Origin: Acinetobacter phage Presley
Strand: one strand, 5' to 3'
DNA length: 64,000 nucleotides
Sequence record: KF669658.1
Shown here: positions 44,966 through 56,300 of the stretch, piece after piece
How positions within the stretch are numbered: position 1 is the stretch's first letter
Layout of the letters: every line of letters begins with the position of its first letter
Program-made: the position numbers and the translations under genes
Notes under the pieces: model-generated
Database searches by the model: none
What the model was told of the DNA's origin: nothing
The model's input: the letters and a program-made list of their open reading frames with translations, nothing else

Positions 44966-45688
44966 ATGGCTAGTAATAAACGTTTAGTAATGGTTGTTGG
45001 TGAATCTGGTTCAGGTAAAACCGCATCATTACGTGAACTTGAAGACCAACCGGGTGTAATGTTTTTTAACTGTGAATCAGGTAAAGAAATCCCGTTTAAA
45101 AATAAGTTCAATGAAGTAGTAGTAGATGATCCCTATATCATCTTCGATGCTTTAGATGAAGTACGTGACGATCCTGATGTGCATACAATTGTAATTGATT
45201 CATTAACCATGCTTATGGAAATGTTTGAATCAGTACATGTAATCACTGCAGCAGACACCCGTAAAGCATGGGGTGATTATGCACAATTCTTCAAAACATT
45301 AATGCAGCAATATGTTGCAACCATGGACAAACGTTTCATCTTTATTGCTCATACTGAATCATCATTAAACAATGAAACAGGTGTGATGGAAGTTAAAGTA
45401 CCAGTTAAAGGTGCATTGGCTAAAATCAGTATCGAAGCTTACTTCTCTATTATCGTAGCTGCTAAAAAAGTGCGCGTTAAAGAATTAGAGAAGTATGAAA
45501 ATGACATGCTTGAAATTACACCTCGTGAAGAAAACGTAGGATTCAAGCACGTATTCCAAACTCTACCTACTAAAGCAACAGTGGGAGAGAAAATGCGTGG
45601 GCCATTTGATCTTTGGACAGATGAGCAAACGTATATTAACAACAACGCGCAATGGCTTTTGGAATACATTGACTCGTACTATGAATAA
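44966..45688 (+). CDS. RecA-fold P-loop ATPase (Sak4/AAA_24-like)
   Basis: Walker A 'VGESGSGKTAS', Walker B 'IVIDSLTML'. Confidence 0.55.
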   Translation: MASNKRLVMVVGESGSGKTASLRELEDQPGVMFFNCESGKEIPFKNKFNEVVVDDPYIIFDALDEVRDDPDVHTIVIDSLTMLMEMFESVHVITAADTRKAWGDYAQFFKTLMQQYVATMDKRFIFIAHTESSLNNETGVMEVKVPVKGALAKISIEAYFSIIVAAKKVRVKELEKYENDMLEITPREENVGFKHVFQTLPTKATVGEKMRGPFDLWTDEQTYINNNAQWLLEYIDSYYE

Positions 45689-45803
45689 GGTGAAGTCTCA
45701 TGGCTTACATATTCGGGCTTTTATTTGATGTATTCTCTATCATCATTTCACAAGGTATCTCTGCAGTAATCGCTGCAATGTTCATTCTATAAGGAAGGCA
45801 CTC

Positions 45804-46568
45804 ATGGGCTTTAAACTCAAAACAGCTAAAGATGTTGAAGAAGCACAAGACACAGTAGGCGGAAGTATTCCGCTTGAATCAAACGTGTACCCAATGGTAC
45901 TTAAAAATGCATACGTGCATGTATCTGATAAAGGTGCACAAGCGTTAAACATTGAAATCGATATTGACAATGGTAAGCGCACACAACGTCAATCTCTTTG
46001 GGTATCTGATGCAGAAGGTAAAAACTACTACGAAGATTCAAAGGGTAAAAAGAAACACTTTGCAGGTTACTTACTAGCTGACTCATTGGCTATGTTAGCA
46101 ACAGGCGGTGAAGCATCTATTGATGACTTGGATACCGAAGAAAAGATCATTCAGGTTTATGATTCTAATCAAGGTAAAGAAGTAAACAAAAAAGTAGAAG
46201 CATTCACTGACTTAATTGGCCTAGAATTCCAAGGTGGCTTGATCAAACACATTAAACCAAAATCAACTAAAGTTGGTGATGAATATGTAGATGATCCAGT
46301 TGAAACCATTACCATTAACGAACTGGATAAAGTATTCAGTGAAGATGGTTTTACAACCATTGAACTTATTGAAGAAGCAGAAGAACCTGCATTCATTCAT
46401 ACATGGTTAACCCGTTGGGAAGGTAAAGCCAAAACCACTAAACCAAAAGATGCAGCTAAAGGTCGCAGTGCAGGTGCAGGACGTTCTAATGCACGTACAG
46501 CAGCAGCACCACGTGGTAAAGCAGCACCTGCAGCATCTACTGGTAAACGTCAGTTCTTTAAGCGTTAA
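45804..46568 (+). CDS. putative single-stranded DNA-binding protein (254 aa)
   Basis: Called from position only: it sits between the ATPase and resolvase genes, as in the N4 replication module, and has a basic Gly/Ala/Arg-rich tail; no motif proof. Confidence 0.3.
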   Translation: MGFKLKTAKDVEEAQDTVGGSIPLESNVYPMVLKNAYVHVSDKGAQALNIEIDIDNGKRTQRQSLWVSDAEGKNYYEDSKGKKKHFAGYLLADSLAMLATGGEASIDDLDTEEKIIQVYDSNQGKEVNKKVEAFTDLIGLEFQGGLIKHIKPKSTKVGDEYVDDPVETITINELDKVFSEDGFTTIELIEEAEEPAFIHTWLTRWEGKAKTTKPKDAAKGRSAGAGRSNARTAAAPRGKAAPAASTGKRQFFKR

Positions 46569-46598
46569 TACTTAACTGGTCAATTCAACAACAATGGT

Positions 46599-46619
46599 AG
46601 CCTACATTAAGTAGGCTTA
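46599..46619 (+). promoter_or_regulatory. 7-bp hairpin (agcctac-attaa-gtaggct) immediately upstream of an RBS
   Basis: No T-run follows; the same hairpin-then-RBS layout recurs at 10169, 37269 and 44924. Confidence 0.3.
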
Positions 46620-46635
46620 CTTATAGGACTCCATT

Positions 46636-47088
46636 ATGGAAAACGTAAATAACGAAGAAGCTCAACCATTAGCAATTGAACCTGATTTGCTGATCACAGA
46701 AGATCAAGCGAAGCAGATGCAACAAGTTAATGACATTGAGCATCTAGGTGATCTTATTGGTAACTGGTTACTTAATACTAAGAATGCTTTATTCCATGTA
46801 TTAGATATGCCAGAAAATGAAGATCCTAATGATCCAGAAAATGCAATCTTGGTATTAGATCCTAAACACCCTAAAGCAGATGGCTTAGGTAATCGCGCAT
46901 TAACAGAAGAAGAACGTGTCGGTTTTATGTTCGGTATCCGATATGTTCTTGCTGATTATTTAGATCAGTTCCCTGTTAAGTTTGTAGTTACAGATGCTGA
47001 TGGTAATGTTGCACCTGAATACGCTTCACAACAAGTGGGCGGTACTACAGGTGAAGAACATGCCCCAATCGAAAACCAAAACGATTAA
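46636..47088 (+). CDS. acidic hypothetical protein (150 aa)
   Basis: SD 'taggactccatt'; many D/E residues. Confidence 0.5.
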   Translation: MENVNNEEAQPLAIEPDLLITEDQAKQMQQVNDIEHLGDLIGNWLLNTKNALFHVLDMPENEDPNDPENAILVLDPKHPKADGLGNRALTEEERVGFMFGIRYVLADYLDQFPVKFVVTDADGNVAPEYASQQVGGTTGEEHAPIENQND

Positions 47089-47638
47089 ACTGCTTGGCCT
47101 AGATCCTTCAATGTCAAATTGGGGGATCGCTAAGGCTACGTATGACGATGTAGACGGATTAGTAATACGCCACTTAGATGTAATACGGCCTAAGCCTATT
47201 AAGGAAAAGATGCGTAAGAATGCCAAAGATGTAAACCAAGCTGAACAACTCATAGAAGGTGTTCTGCCTTATCTGGATGATGTAGACATCGTTATTGCAG
47301 AAGTCCCTGTTGGTAGCCAATCATCAAGAGCAATGGTTAATTACGCAATGTGTGTATCAATCATTGCAATGGTAAACCAAATCATTGAAAGACCTGTCAT
47401 TCAAGTTTCACCAAGTGATGTGAAGAAAGTAGTTGGTAATCCACAAGCATCTAAAGAACAGATGGTGGATTGGGCTATTGATCAACATCCCGAAGCTAAT
47501 TGGCCCACATATAAAAAGGATAAGAAACTATACCTAAGTTATGCAAAAGCAGAACACATGGCTGATGCCATTGCTGCATTATACGCGGGTAGTCTTACCG
47601 ATCAATTTTACGATTACATTAATTCCATTACAGGATAA
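47060..47638 (+). CDS. RuvC-like Holliday-junction resolvase
   Basis: 'IKLLGLDPSMSNWGIA' (RuvC N-terminal D), 'IVIAEVPVGSQS' (E); the ATG at 47060 has SD 'aggtgaagaac'. Confidence 0.5.
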   Translation: MPQSKTKTIKLLGLDPSMSNWGIAKATYDDVDGLVIRHLDVIRPKPIKEKMRKNAKDVNQAEQLIEGVLPYLDDVDIVIAEVPVGSQSSRAMVNYAMCVSIIAMVNQIIERPVIQVSPSDVKKVVGNPQASKEQMVDWAIDQHPEANWPTYKKDKKLYLSYAKAEHMADAIAALYAGSLTDQFYDYINSITG

Positions 47639-47642
47639 TCTC

Positions 47643-48284
47643 ATGAAAGCTTTAATCACTACTGCAGAAATCATCGTTGCTTTGCGTACTCACTTTGCTA
47701 TCGATGATAATGTGGATATTACATTCTCACACATTGCTGGTCATGAAGGTATTGTAGCTATTGCAGATACAGCACCTACATTTGGTCAAGCTGTTGAAGA
47801 AGTAAAAGCAATTGCTTCTGAAACCAAAACAACCCGTACACGCCGTTCACCTGTTAAGGCATCTGTAGAAGCTGCAGATGAAGACAACGAAGTGGAAGAA
47901 AAACCTGCTACAACTAAACGAAGCTTTGGTAAAAAGAAAGCAGAAGAACATGCGGATGATGCAGATCAAGACGTAGGTTCTGATGATGACGAAGGCGAAG
48001 TAGAACAGGAAACTGTTAAACCTAAACGCACTTTTGGTAAAACCAAAAAAGCTGTAGAACCTGAACCAGAAGACGAAGATCAAGGCGATGATGATCAAGG
48101 CCAAGATCAAGACGACTTAGAGGAAGAAAAACCTACACCTAAGAAACGTACATTCGGTTCTAAAAAAGCTGTTAAAGAAGAAACAGTAGAAGACGATGAT
48201 GCCGATCAAGATGATGGTGAAGCAGAAGAACAACCTGCTAAACGTACTTTCGGTGCACGTAAGACTGTATTCGGTAAACGTTAA
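47643..48284 (+). CDS. acidic repeat protein with four K(R/K)(T/S)FG basic repeats (213 aa)
   Basis: The ATG at 47643 has SD 'caggataatctc'; 'KRSFGKKKAE', 'KRTFGKTKKA', 'KKRTFGSKKA', 'KRTFGARKTVFGKR' are separated by D/E-rich spacers. Confidence 0.5.
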   Translation: MKALITTAEIIVALRTHFAIDDNVDITFSHIAGHEGIVAIADTAPTFGQAVEEVKAIASETKTTRTRRSPVKASVEAADEDNEVEEKPATTKRSFGKKKAEEHADDADQDVGSDDDEGEVEQETVKPKRTFGKTKKAVEPEPEDEDQGDDDQGQDQDDLEEEKPTPKKRTFGSKKAVKEETVEDDDADQDDGEAEEQPAKRTFGARKTVFGKR

Positions 48285-48466
48285 TGAATAAGGCAATTAT
48301 GGTAGTGGGAGTGGTGATTGGTAGCATCATTCTCATTACTGTAGTTGCATACGTCATTTCATTAATCGTAATGGTAGTGACGTATGTACTGCCATTTGTA
48401 GTTATAGTTTTTTGTATAGGTTACGCCTCATGCCTATACAACAAACGAAAGAAAAGGGATCGATAA
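48284..48466 (+). CDS. small hydrophobic membrane protein (60 aa)
   Basis: ATGA coupling; 'IMVVGVVIGSIILITVVAYVISLIVMVVTYVLPFVVIVFCIGY'. Confidence 0.45.
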   Translation: MNKAIMVVGVVIGSIILITVVAYVISLIVMVVTYVLPFVVIVFCIGYASCLYNKRKKRDR

Positions 48467-48484
48467 GATCCCTTTGTTTATTTA
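48454..48484 (+). terminator. intrinsic terminator (aagggatc-gataa-gatccctt + tgtttattt)
   Basis: 8-bp stem whose loop contains the stop codon of the 60-aa gene. Confidence 0.6.
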
Positions 48485-48648
48485 GAGATGTAATCGGGAA
48501 TCTATCTGCAGAATGGGTTCAGGTATCGTGCCAATGCATAGTATCCGTAAACAGTATATTGCCCCCTGACATGAGTGTGTACTGCTTGTAGGTTGGAATC
48601 CTACATACCACCGATTGCATCATCTAAATAAACAACCAAGGAAACATC

Positions 48649-49005
48649 ATGCCTGCTTATGGTGAGTTATTCTCTGAACATGAAGCTCAGTATAAAGCGA
48701 GCGTCATGTATAACACTTGGGGACATTTAGACCCTAAACCAAACCAAGTATATAAGTGCACATTCTTCGTAGCTCACGATGGAAGTGAAGCACTTCACTT
48801 CAAACTGGATATGCCAGATCTATCTGGTGGCCCTGCATTCTATTCTGATATCTGTACCTTTGCATTTGAACGTTTTGTTAAAAGCAATACAGAAGAAGGA
48901 GTGTACAAGTTTGAAGGTACTTATCAACTGTATAAACGACCTAAGAAAGATAGCAATATGTATGGCTACTTCAAGGGTAAAGTTACTAAGGTAAAACTGA
49001 AATGA
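48649..49005 (+). CDS. hypothetical protein (118 aa)
   Basis: SD 'caaggaaacatc'. Confidence 0.5.
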   Translation: MPAYGELFSEHEAQYKASVMYNTWGHLDPKPNQVYKCTFFVAHDGSEALHFKLDMPDLSGGPAFYSDICTFAFERFVKSNTEEGVYKFEGTYQLYKRPKKDSNMYGYFKGKVTKVKLK

Positions 49006-49466
49006 TGAATAATCTTGATGAATTATTTGTGGAACTTTTCCTAAAAGATAAGACCACATATAAAACCAAGGATGTAGAAGTATCATTAGGCTTTTGTGCT
49101 CACCCTAAACGTATCCATGTAAATATACAGCATAAGCGTTTAGAAGGTTGTGGGGCTGCAGTTAATTCTGTAGCAGAAGCAAAGTCTATGATACGAGATG
49201 CATTCTTACGTTATACAGGTACAACGTTTCCTGAAAAGAATCCAGAAGTACGTACTTGGCATATCCAGTTACGTAACGGTAAGTATTATCCATTGTGCGT
49301 TAGTCCATATAAGCCAGAACTCGTACCTTGTGATGATTGCTATGCAGTCAATTTACGTTATGGTCGTTATCCTGAATTGGATTGGGACCGTGATGAACAG
49401 AACCCTGACATTATCTACATCCCTAAAAATGTGGTGTGGTGTCTTACTGATAGAGAGCCAACATGA
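49002..49466 (+). CDS. hypothetical protein (154 aa)
   Basis: ATGA coupling. Confidence 0.5.
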   Translation: MMNNLDELFVELFLKDKTTYKTKDVEVSLGFCAHPKRIHVNIQHKRLEGCGAAVNSVAEAKSMIRDAFLRYTGTTFPEKNPEVRTWHIQLRNGKYYPLCVSPYKPELVPCDDCYAVNLRYGRYPELDWDRDEQNPDIIYIPKNVVWCLTDREPT

Positions 49467-49684
49467 TTAATGTAATTGAACAATACACTGTATCTGACCA
49501 ATGTGTGATGCAACTTAATCATCACATTGAAGCAGGTATTTATACCGTAGATCTTAACTACATGAATGGTGCTGTTATTGCTACCATGATGGGATCTAAG
49601 AATGAAAGTACCGCTACGTGGTTCTATGAAAACTTGGAAGGATCTTATGAAGAACTCGCAGAAGTCCAAGCGAATGGGGAATGA
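49463..49684 (+). CDS. hypothetical protein (73 aa)
   Basis: ATGA coupling. Confidence 0.4.
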   Translation: MINVIEQYTVSDQCVMQLNHHIEAGIYTVDLNYMNGAVIATMMGSKNESTATWFYENLEGSYEELAEVQANGE

Positions 49685-49934
49685 TGATTTTCTGACATAT
49701 CAGTACGCAGTATTCTTACGTAATAAAGTCACACAAGAATGCATGAATATGGTTATCTCAGTTGATTCAGATCCTGGTCAAGAGTCTTTAACTATTCACT
49801 CATTAATGATGAAGTTAGCCAAACAAACCCGTGTATTTCCTGCAGGGTTCACGTTAGTAAGTATGATGGTTATTGATGTTCAAGAAGTAACCCATGATCC
49901 AAATGTAAAGGTGTCCGATGATACTAGACATTGA
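49674..49934 (+). CDS. hypothetical protein (86 aa)
   Basis: The track ORF starts at 49602; the ATG at 49674 overlaps the upstream stop. Confidence 0.35.
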   Translation: MGNDDFLTYQYAVFLRNKVTQECMNMVISVDSDPGQESLTIHSLMMKLAKQTRVFPAGFTLVSMMVIDVQEVTHDPNVKVSDDTRH

Positions 49935-50151
49935 TAATCCTAAAGTAGATATATCCAAAGCTACTAACGTATATGCCATGTACGTATGGATAGGTAAATA
50001 TAGTAAAGAGCCTTGTGCTGAATTACTTTTAATGTCTTCTAACTACGCAATGAATGTTCCAGAACTCATTGAAGAAGTAAAGGCAAAACCGCGTATTCAA
50101 TTGCATAATTCAGATGCACGTTTATATAAAATTTATGTAGACGGGCAATAA
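49918..50151 (+). CDS. hypothetical protein (77 aa)
   Basis: SD 'aaaggtgtccg'; ATGA coupling. Confidence 0.4.
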   Translation: MILDIDNPKVDISKATNVYAMYVWIGKYSKEPCAELLLMSSNYAMNVPELIEEVKAKPRIQLHNSDARLYKIYVDGQ

Positions 50152-50164
50152 GAAAAGCCCTTAT

Positions 50165-50187
50165 TAGTTAAGGGCCTTCTATCGATC
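50165..50187. terminator. 7-bp hairpin (gccctta-ttagt-taagggc) in the convergent junction
   Basis: A T-run follows on the minus strand (ttttctt). Confidence 0.4.
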
Positions 50188-50288
50188 ATGTCGGGTGTTT
50201 AGCCAGACTATAATTTATTGATCACATTGATACGAGAAGTAGCAGAAGCATTCGCTCCTTTCAGTCGCAAATGTTCTACGACTTCTCT

Positions 50289-50310
50289 TACAAAACACCC
50301 CGATGGCAAG
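50289..50310 (-). terminator. hairpin (acacccc-gatggcaa-ggggtgt) just downstream of the vRNAP stop
   Basis: 7-bp stem, 15 nt after the stop on the minus strand. Confidence 0.4.
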
Positions 50311-50324
50311 GGGTGTCTTAATAA

Positions 50325-53300
50325 TTAGAACAATGTTTTTAAAGCTTGGATTGGGAATGGTTCATCCCAAGATCCTGATAAACCAAATGGACCACTACGT
50401 AATGGATTACCCCATTGATTAAATACAATTGGATCAATACCAGGTGGTAGATTACTAATCGCATTTAATAAGATAGCCTGACCTATTGCAGAAGCAGGGC
50501 GTTTACCGATTAACTGGAACAATGCTTTCTGGATACGTAAGTTATATTTAGTAAACATTAATAAACCAACATCATTTAAATACTGCATACCTGCAGATGT
50601 AGGTACGTCATAGTTAATGAAGTTATCAGAAGCGAGTTGAATTGCTTCATCATGGCTTAGACGATCACGCTTACGTGTGGTCGCATGTTTGTATAGAACA
50701 TACTTAGCACTAAAGTCAGAGAACTGTGTAGCACTATGTAAGAATTGATAGTGTGGAGTACCTGGCGATACAAACAACCATTTAGCTGCAGTACGTACAG
50801 TCTGTGGTACTTTATCAATCACATCCTCATATTTACGTTCCATACCTGACTTGTAAGAATACATGTTAGCTGATGGATCGATATCCTCTACAATCCCACT
50901 TAGCATACCTTCCTCAATAAATCCTTTCAGTGGATTACGATCAAGTGAATCCTGAATACGATCTATCTCTTTTTGCAATTCATTTGCATTTCCAATATTG
51001 GCACGTTGTCTAGCTTGTAGCTTGATTAGTTCAGCCATATCCTTTCTATATTGAATACCTCCTTTAACACTTGTAACAGTATCTTTAATCAAGGTAGATG
51101 GTGATACCCCATGTGCCATTAATAAAAATGTATTAGTCACAATGTTTCCAACCATAGTTGATACATTACGGATAACCACAAAGCTCTTCATAAGCTGAAC
51201 TGCTTTCATCCATACACGTTCTGCAGTAGCCGCTTTTGTACGAGAGTTACCGCCAAACAATTCAGTAAGTGTACCCATAACAGCTACTACTGCTTTCTCA
51301 CCTACATTACGGAAATCAGGTTCTTTATCAAATGCATTAGTGATAGATAACTTACGTGCACCAAACACTGTAAGGAATACATCGTTCTTAACATATAAAG
51401 CATTCTCACCCGTAACTGCTTTGATATGGTCACGTGTTTGTTGTGGCATCATTGCCCATGCTTGTGCAATTACAGGATCTTTAGAGTAGGGCTCAATACG
51501 TAAGTAACTTAATGGAGCTTTAGCATAATTCTCTAAGAAGTCTTGATGTAATGTCTCAATCACAATGTTGTTCTGTTCTGCAGTGGTTAGCTTGTCATAG
51601 CCAGTAGCAGCAAATGCACCTAAGATATCTGAGAAGTCATTATTACGCTCTAAGAAACTGTCACGTACTTGATGCGTCATCTCATAAGAGAAGCCCATAA
51701 TGTTTCCATCAGTATCATAGTTAGGAACCATATGACGTGAATCTTTCTTACGTGGATCATAATTAGGATCACGACTCATACGACTACGTACAGCATTACG
51801 TGCATTGGCTAACTCTTGTGGAGTCATCTGAACTTCTTGCCCTTTACGTCCATAGTTATTCAATGCAATAGCGCCTGATACATAACGCTGATGCCCTGCA
51901 TCTTCTGAGAAATACAATGTAGCAGGATTAGTATCTGGATCTAATGGATCTTTCTGCAGATCAGAAATCTTCTTATAGTAAGCACTCTCATAACGATCAC
52001 GTTCTGCACTTGTACGTGCTACTACAAGTTCACGATTGCTATTAGTTATTTCAGGTAAATAACCTTTAACCATTGATAAAGGATTACCTGCAAATAATGC
52101 ATCACGTGAATCGATAACCATTGACTGATGTAGCTTTAATAACGATTCAATACCGTTGTCTTTACCACGTGCTAACTCTTTATCCATTACCTCAGATAAA
52201 GCTGTACGATCAGATGTATTCAAATAACTAATTGCATATAGCGATACAAGCTTATCAATCTGTTCAACCAATTTAGGAGATGGTTTGGTATTGGCAATAA
52301 ACCCACCATCCATAGCAATTAATTCAGCATTCTTGGCTAACATATTTGCAGCTTCACCAGAAACCATATACCACGCTAAATCTTTAGCACGGTTAATCTT
52401 CATGACATCCTTGATACTAGATTCAGCTTTCTTGATTTCACGTGATAAAGCTACATTATCTTTAACCAATGTATTAATACCAGACACGTCAAAGTGATTA
52501 AGTAGGCTTTGCATATCAGTACGCAATGCACCATAAGTAATTGCTTTACGTTGTTCACGGTTTAAGTCTTTACCTTGGTTATCAAACATAGATAACAAAT
52601 CATGTTTAACTACATCACTAATACGCTTACGCATAGTCTCGTTCTGCTTAGCAGTATTCAATAACTTTTGCGCTACTGCCTGACTTGGATTAGTGGATGC
52701 AATCTCATTTAGTAATTCACCTCCAAAACCTAAACGTTCATTAGGCTTCTCACTTTCACGAAATTCTTTTAATACATCCATAATCCCAAATACATTACCT
52801 GCTGCTGCAGATGTACGTGCCATGTTATGTGCAATTTTCACATACTTATTTTTAGAATTAGCTGTAGGTGACTTAGCTAATATCTTAGTAATCTTGGCAC
52901 GTGATTTAGTAGTCACCTTATTAGAGATTTCTTCTGCAGCATCGATAGCTTTTTCAACTACTGTTAATGCTTTATTACGGTTCTTTAAATCAATATCCAC
53001 TAGCTGTTCAGCCAAGATAGGTAACTTCTTATCTGCAGTATGTTCAAGCTGTGTACGTGTTAAGAATCCATAAGCAGTATTCACTACTGTATCGATAGCA
53101 GCCAATAACTTATCGAATGGCGTTTGTTTACCAATACGTTCTTTCTCTAATCCAAAGTTCAGTAAGCTATTTACTTCTTGGCTACCTAAAGCCATAGCCA
53201 TAAACTTAGCAAAGTGGTCTCCTTTAGAGTAGATACCAAAGACATGTTCATATTTAGCTTCTGCAGCTTTCTTCTGTGCAGGTGAAGCTACTGACCAATC

Positions 53301-56300
53301 GCCCGGATGGAAGTTTTCAGGTTTAAGGTCATTACGTGCTTTATCATAGATACGTTGAATCTCACGGAATACCGGAGTAAGTGACTTATCTTTAATAACA
53401 GCATTGGTTGCAACTTCTAATGCTTCAATAGCGAATTGCTCTTGTGCAGTTAAGTTAAAACCTGCAGTAAGTGCAGCAGTAGTGTATGGGGCTTTACCGG
53501 ACTTTAATGCTTTATCCCATAGTGCATCAGGACTATAAGCATTCTTACTACGTAGGAATGTAGTAGAAGATTCATTCATAAGTTTGTCAGTAACGTTAGT
53601 CATTAACTCGCTTAGATGTGCTTTAAATTCAGAATTAAGTTTTCCATCATCGATAGCATCAAATACTTCTTTAGCAGTGTAGTTAGATACCTGTGCATTA
53701 GCTGCAGTTTTAGGGGCACCTAATATATCCATCTGTTTAGTATTAGAGATATCTTGTGTACGTCCAATAAACTCTACTGAATCTAGGATTAATGCTTCAT
53801 ATGCAGTTAATTCTTTTGGATTGTATTTACGATTCTTACCTGCCACTGCATAGAGTGCATCCAAGATACCTGATACTAAACCACGGAAAGCAGTAAGTAG
53901 TTTATTCATACCACGCGCTTCTTTAGGTACGTCTACAATACTGTCTAAATGATTAATGAATCGTGGATCAGTTAAACCAGTAGCAATAAACTCATCTAGG
54001 TTCTGTGTACCGTACTTAACAATCTCAGGGCTACTATCTGTAGTCTTAGATTTAACATGTTCATATAAGCGTGTCAGTTTATCTAACGACTCTTGTGCCT
54101 TTGGATACTTGTTAGGGTTCTTCTGTATTTCACGAATAGCATTAGCTGTAGCAGCGTGCATAATTTCATGTACAAAGATGCCTGTATTAAGTGACCCATC
54201 AGATACAAGAATAAGCTGTGGTTTATCACCAGTAATGAACCATGCATTAGTGCCTTGTTCACGTGCTTCAATTAGACCACGTGTTTCTACTGGTACTTGT
54301 TCAAATGATTGGTAAGTCTGGATATCCAAGTTCTTTGGAATAGACGGTAATGCGATATCCAATAAAGAAGAATATAAACTTGCATAACGACCTGTATTAC
54401 CACCTTGATGTGTGTAATCCTTCAATTCTTGCTTAACACGTTGTACTAAATCAGCAGGGCCCTTAATTGGGGATTCCATTAAGATTGCACCCATAACTGT
54501 TTTACTTGGCTGTGGTGCAATTGGTTTAGGTACTTCTTTATCAATAATTTCAGAAGTGCCTTTAAGGTAATTACCTAAATCAGATCCAATCTGTTTAGCC
54601 TGTTCTACTGCTTTAGCTTTAGCTCGTTTAAGTGACTCGAGTCTCTTATTCAATTCAGTACGTTTCTCATCAGTGATTTTATATTCACCACCTTCTGTAC
54701 CATACTGGTTGATATATTCCTGTTGGATAATGCGTTCCATCTTAGCAATGTCAGCATTAAACTCCTGTTCAACCACATGACTAAATACCTCAGCATATGG
54801 GGCATTTAATTTAAGGTTATAAGACCTAGCTAAACCTACTGCACTATTACGTAGACGTAACTTCATTTCTTTAGATAACGGAAGTTTAGTATCCACAATA
54901 CCTTTAAATGGCTTTAACAGCGCCGTAGTGAAAGCTTTACCTGCATGGGATATCGTTACAGCATCTAAGAACGCTTCGTTTTGTGTACGCGCAATAGCGT
55001 TCAATTGGTAAGCATTACCTGCGTTAGCATCATGGAAATTCTGTACTGCATGGTCTTTCATAGTACGGAATGTAATATATGCATCATGTGATTGGATATA
55101 TAAAGCCAAACCAGATACACCCGGATCTACATAACGGTATTCACGTACACCAGTACGCATAGATTGAACACCATTATATTTAAGCTGCATCTCATACATT
55201 GGGCTACGATCCCATTTCACTTCTTGTTTCATAAGTGGAATAGAAGATGTAGATGCTTGACCAGATTCAATACCCATTGGTGTAGCCAATGAAGGCATAA
55301 ACTTATTAGCTTTACGTTGAATTGCTTTAAGCTCTTTAGCAGATAAGCCTTCGATAGCCTTACCTTTCACTTCAAGTAATTTACCTTCACTACGCGCCTT
55401 CTCAGTAGCTTCATTGATCATATGCTCAAGTACAGAGTCATATACTTCAAACGCTGTAGTAGCTAACAATGTTTTACGATCACGTGATTGAATGAATGGA
55501 CCTGCCAATGCTTTAAGTGCTTCTGTAGTTGCTTCACCATGTAATGCAATATCAGCAGCCATAAACGCTGCCTCTTGTTCACGTGATAGTGTAAAGTCAA
55601 GAACATTACCAAAGTCTTTAACTAACGGTACGTCATAACCAATCTCTTGAGCATAAGTAAGGATTGCATTAATAGCGGCTTTATCACTATTAAGATTCTT
55701 ATCTTTATCCGGACTGTTATATGAGTTCTCTAACTTTTGATAGAACGCTTTAAGTGTTCCACGTGCAGATGCACGGTTTACTGACGCATTACCAGATCCA
55801 TAGTTAAATGGAGTAGCTGCACGTTTAGCACCACCCCGTTTACCATAAGCAGTATCAATATAATCAAGGGAACGTACTGCTCTACCACGTGGTGAATCAT
55901 CACGAACTTCTTCTTTCCAAATACCCTTTTGTAGATCACCTAACTGTTGGTATACATCCCGGCCTTTACCACCATTCAATCCACCACGTTCACGATATTG
56001 AGGAACGTTAGTGATTTCTGAATCAGGGAATATACCTACTGATTTATAACCTTCATTATTGGCTGTATTTAACATTACCTGTGTTAATGCATATCCATTG
56101 GTTACACCATCAGATTCACCCGGTAAAGCTGCAGTAAATGACTTATCTCCGCGTTGTTTAGCTTCTAACATTGAAGCCAATGTATTAAGTGCAGATAAAG
56201 ATAAACCACCCATACCAAACTCTTTAACCATATCAATAACGGTATCTAAGTCTGCAGGATTTACGTCATCGTGGTTACGCAGACGAAGCATAGCTTCGGT

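Noticed and set aside
48588-48612. tRNA-like T-arm GTAGG-TTGGAAT-CCTAC followed by ATACCA
   Set aside because: No complementary acceptor 5' strand and no D or anticodon arms could be folded upstream. The T-loop has G instead of the conserved C56. It is probably chance.
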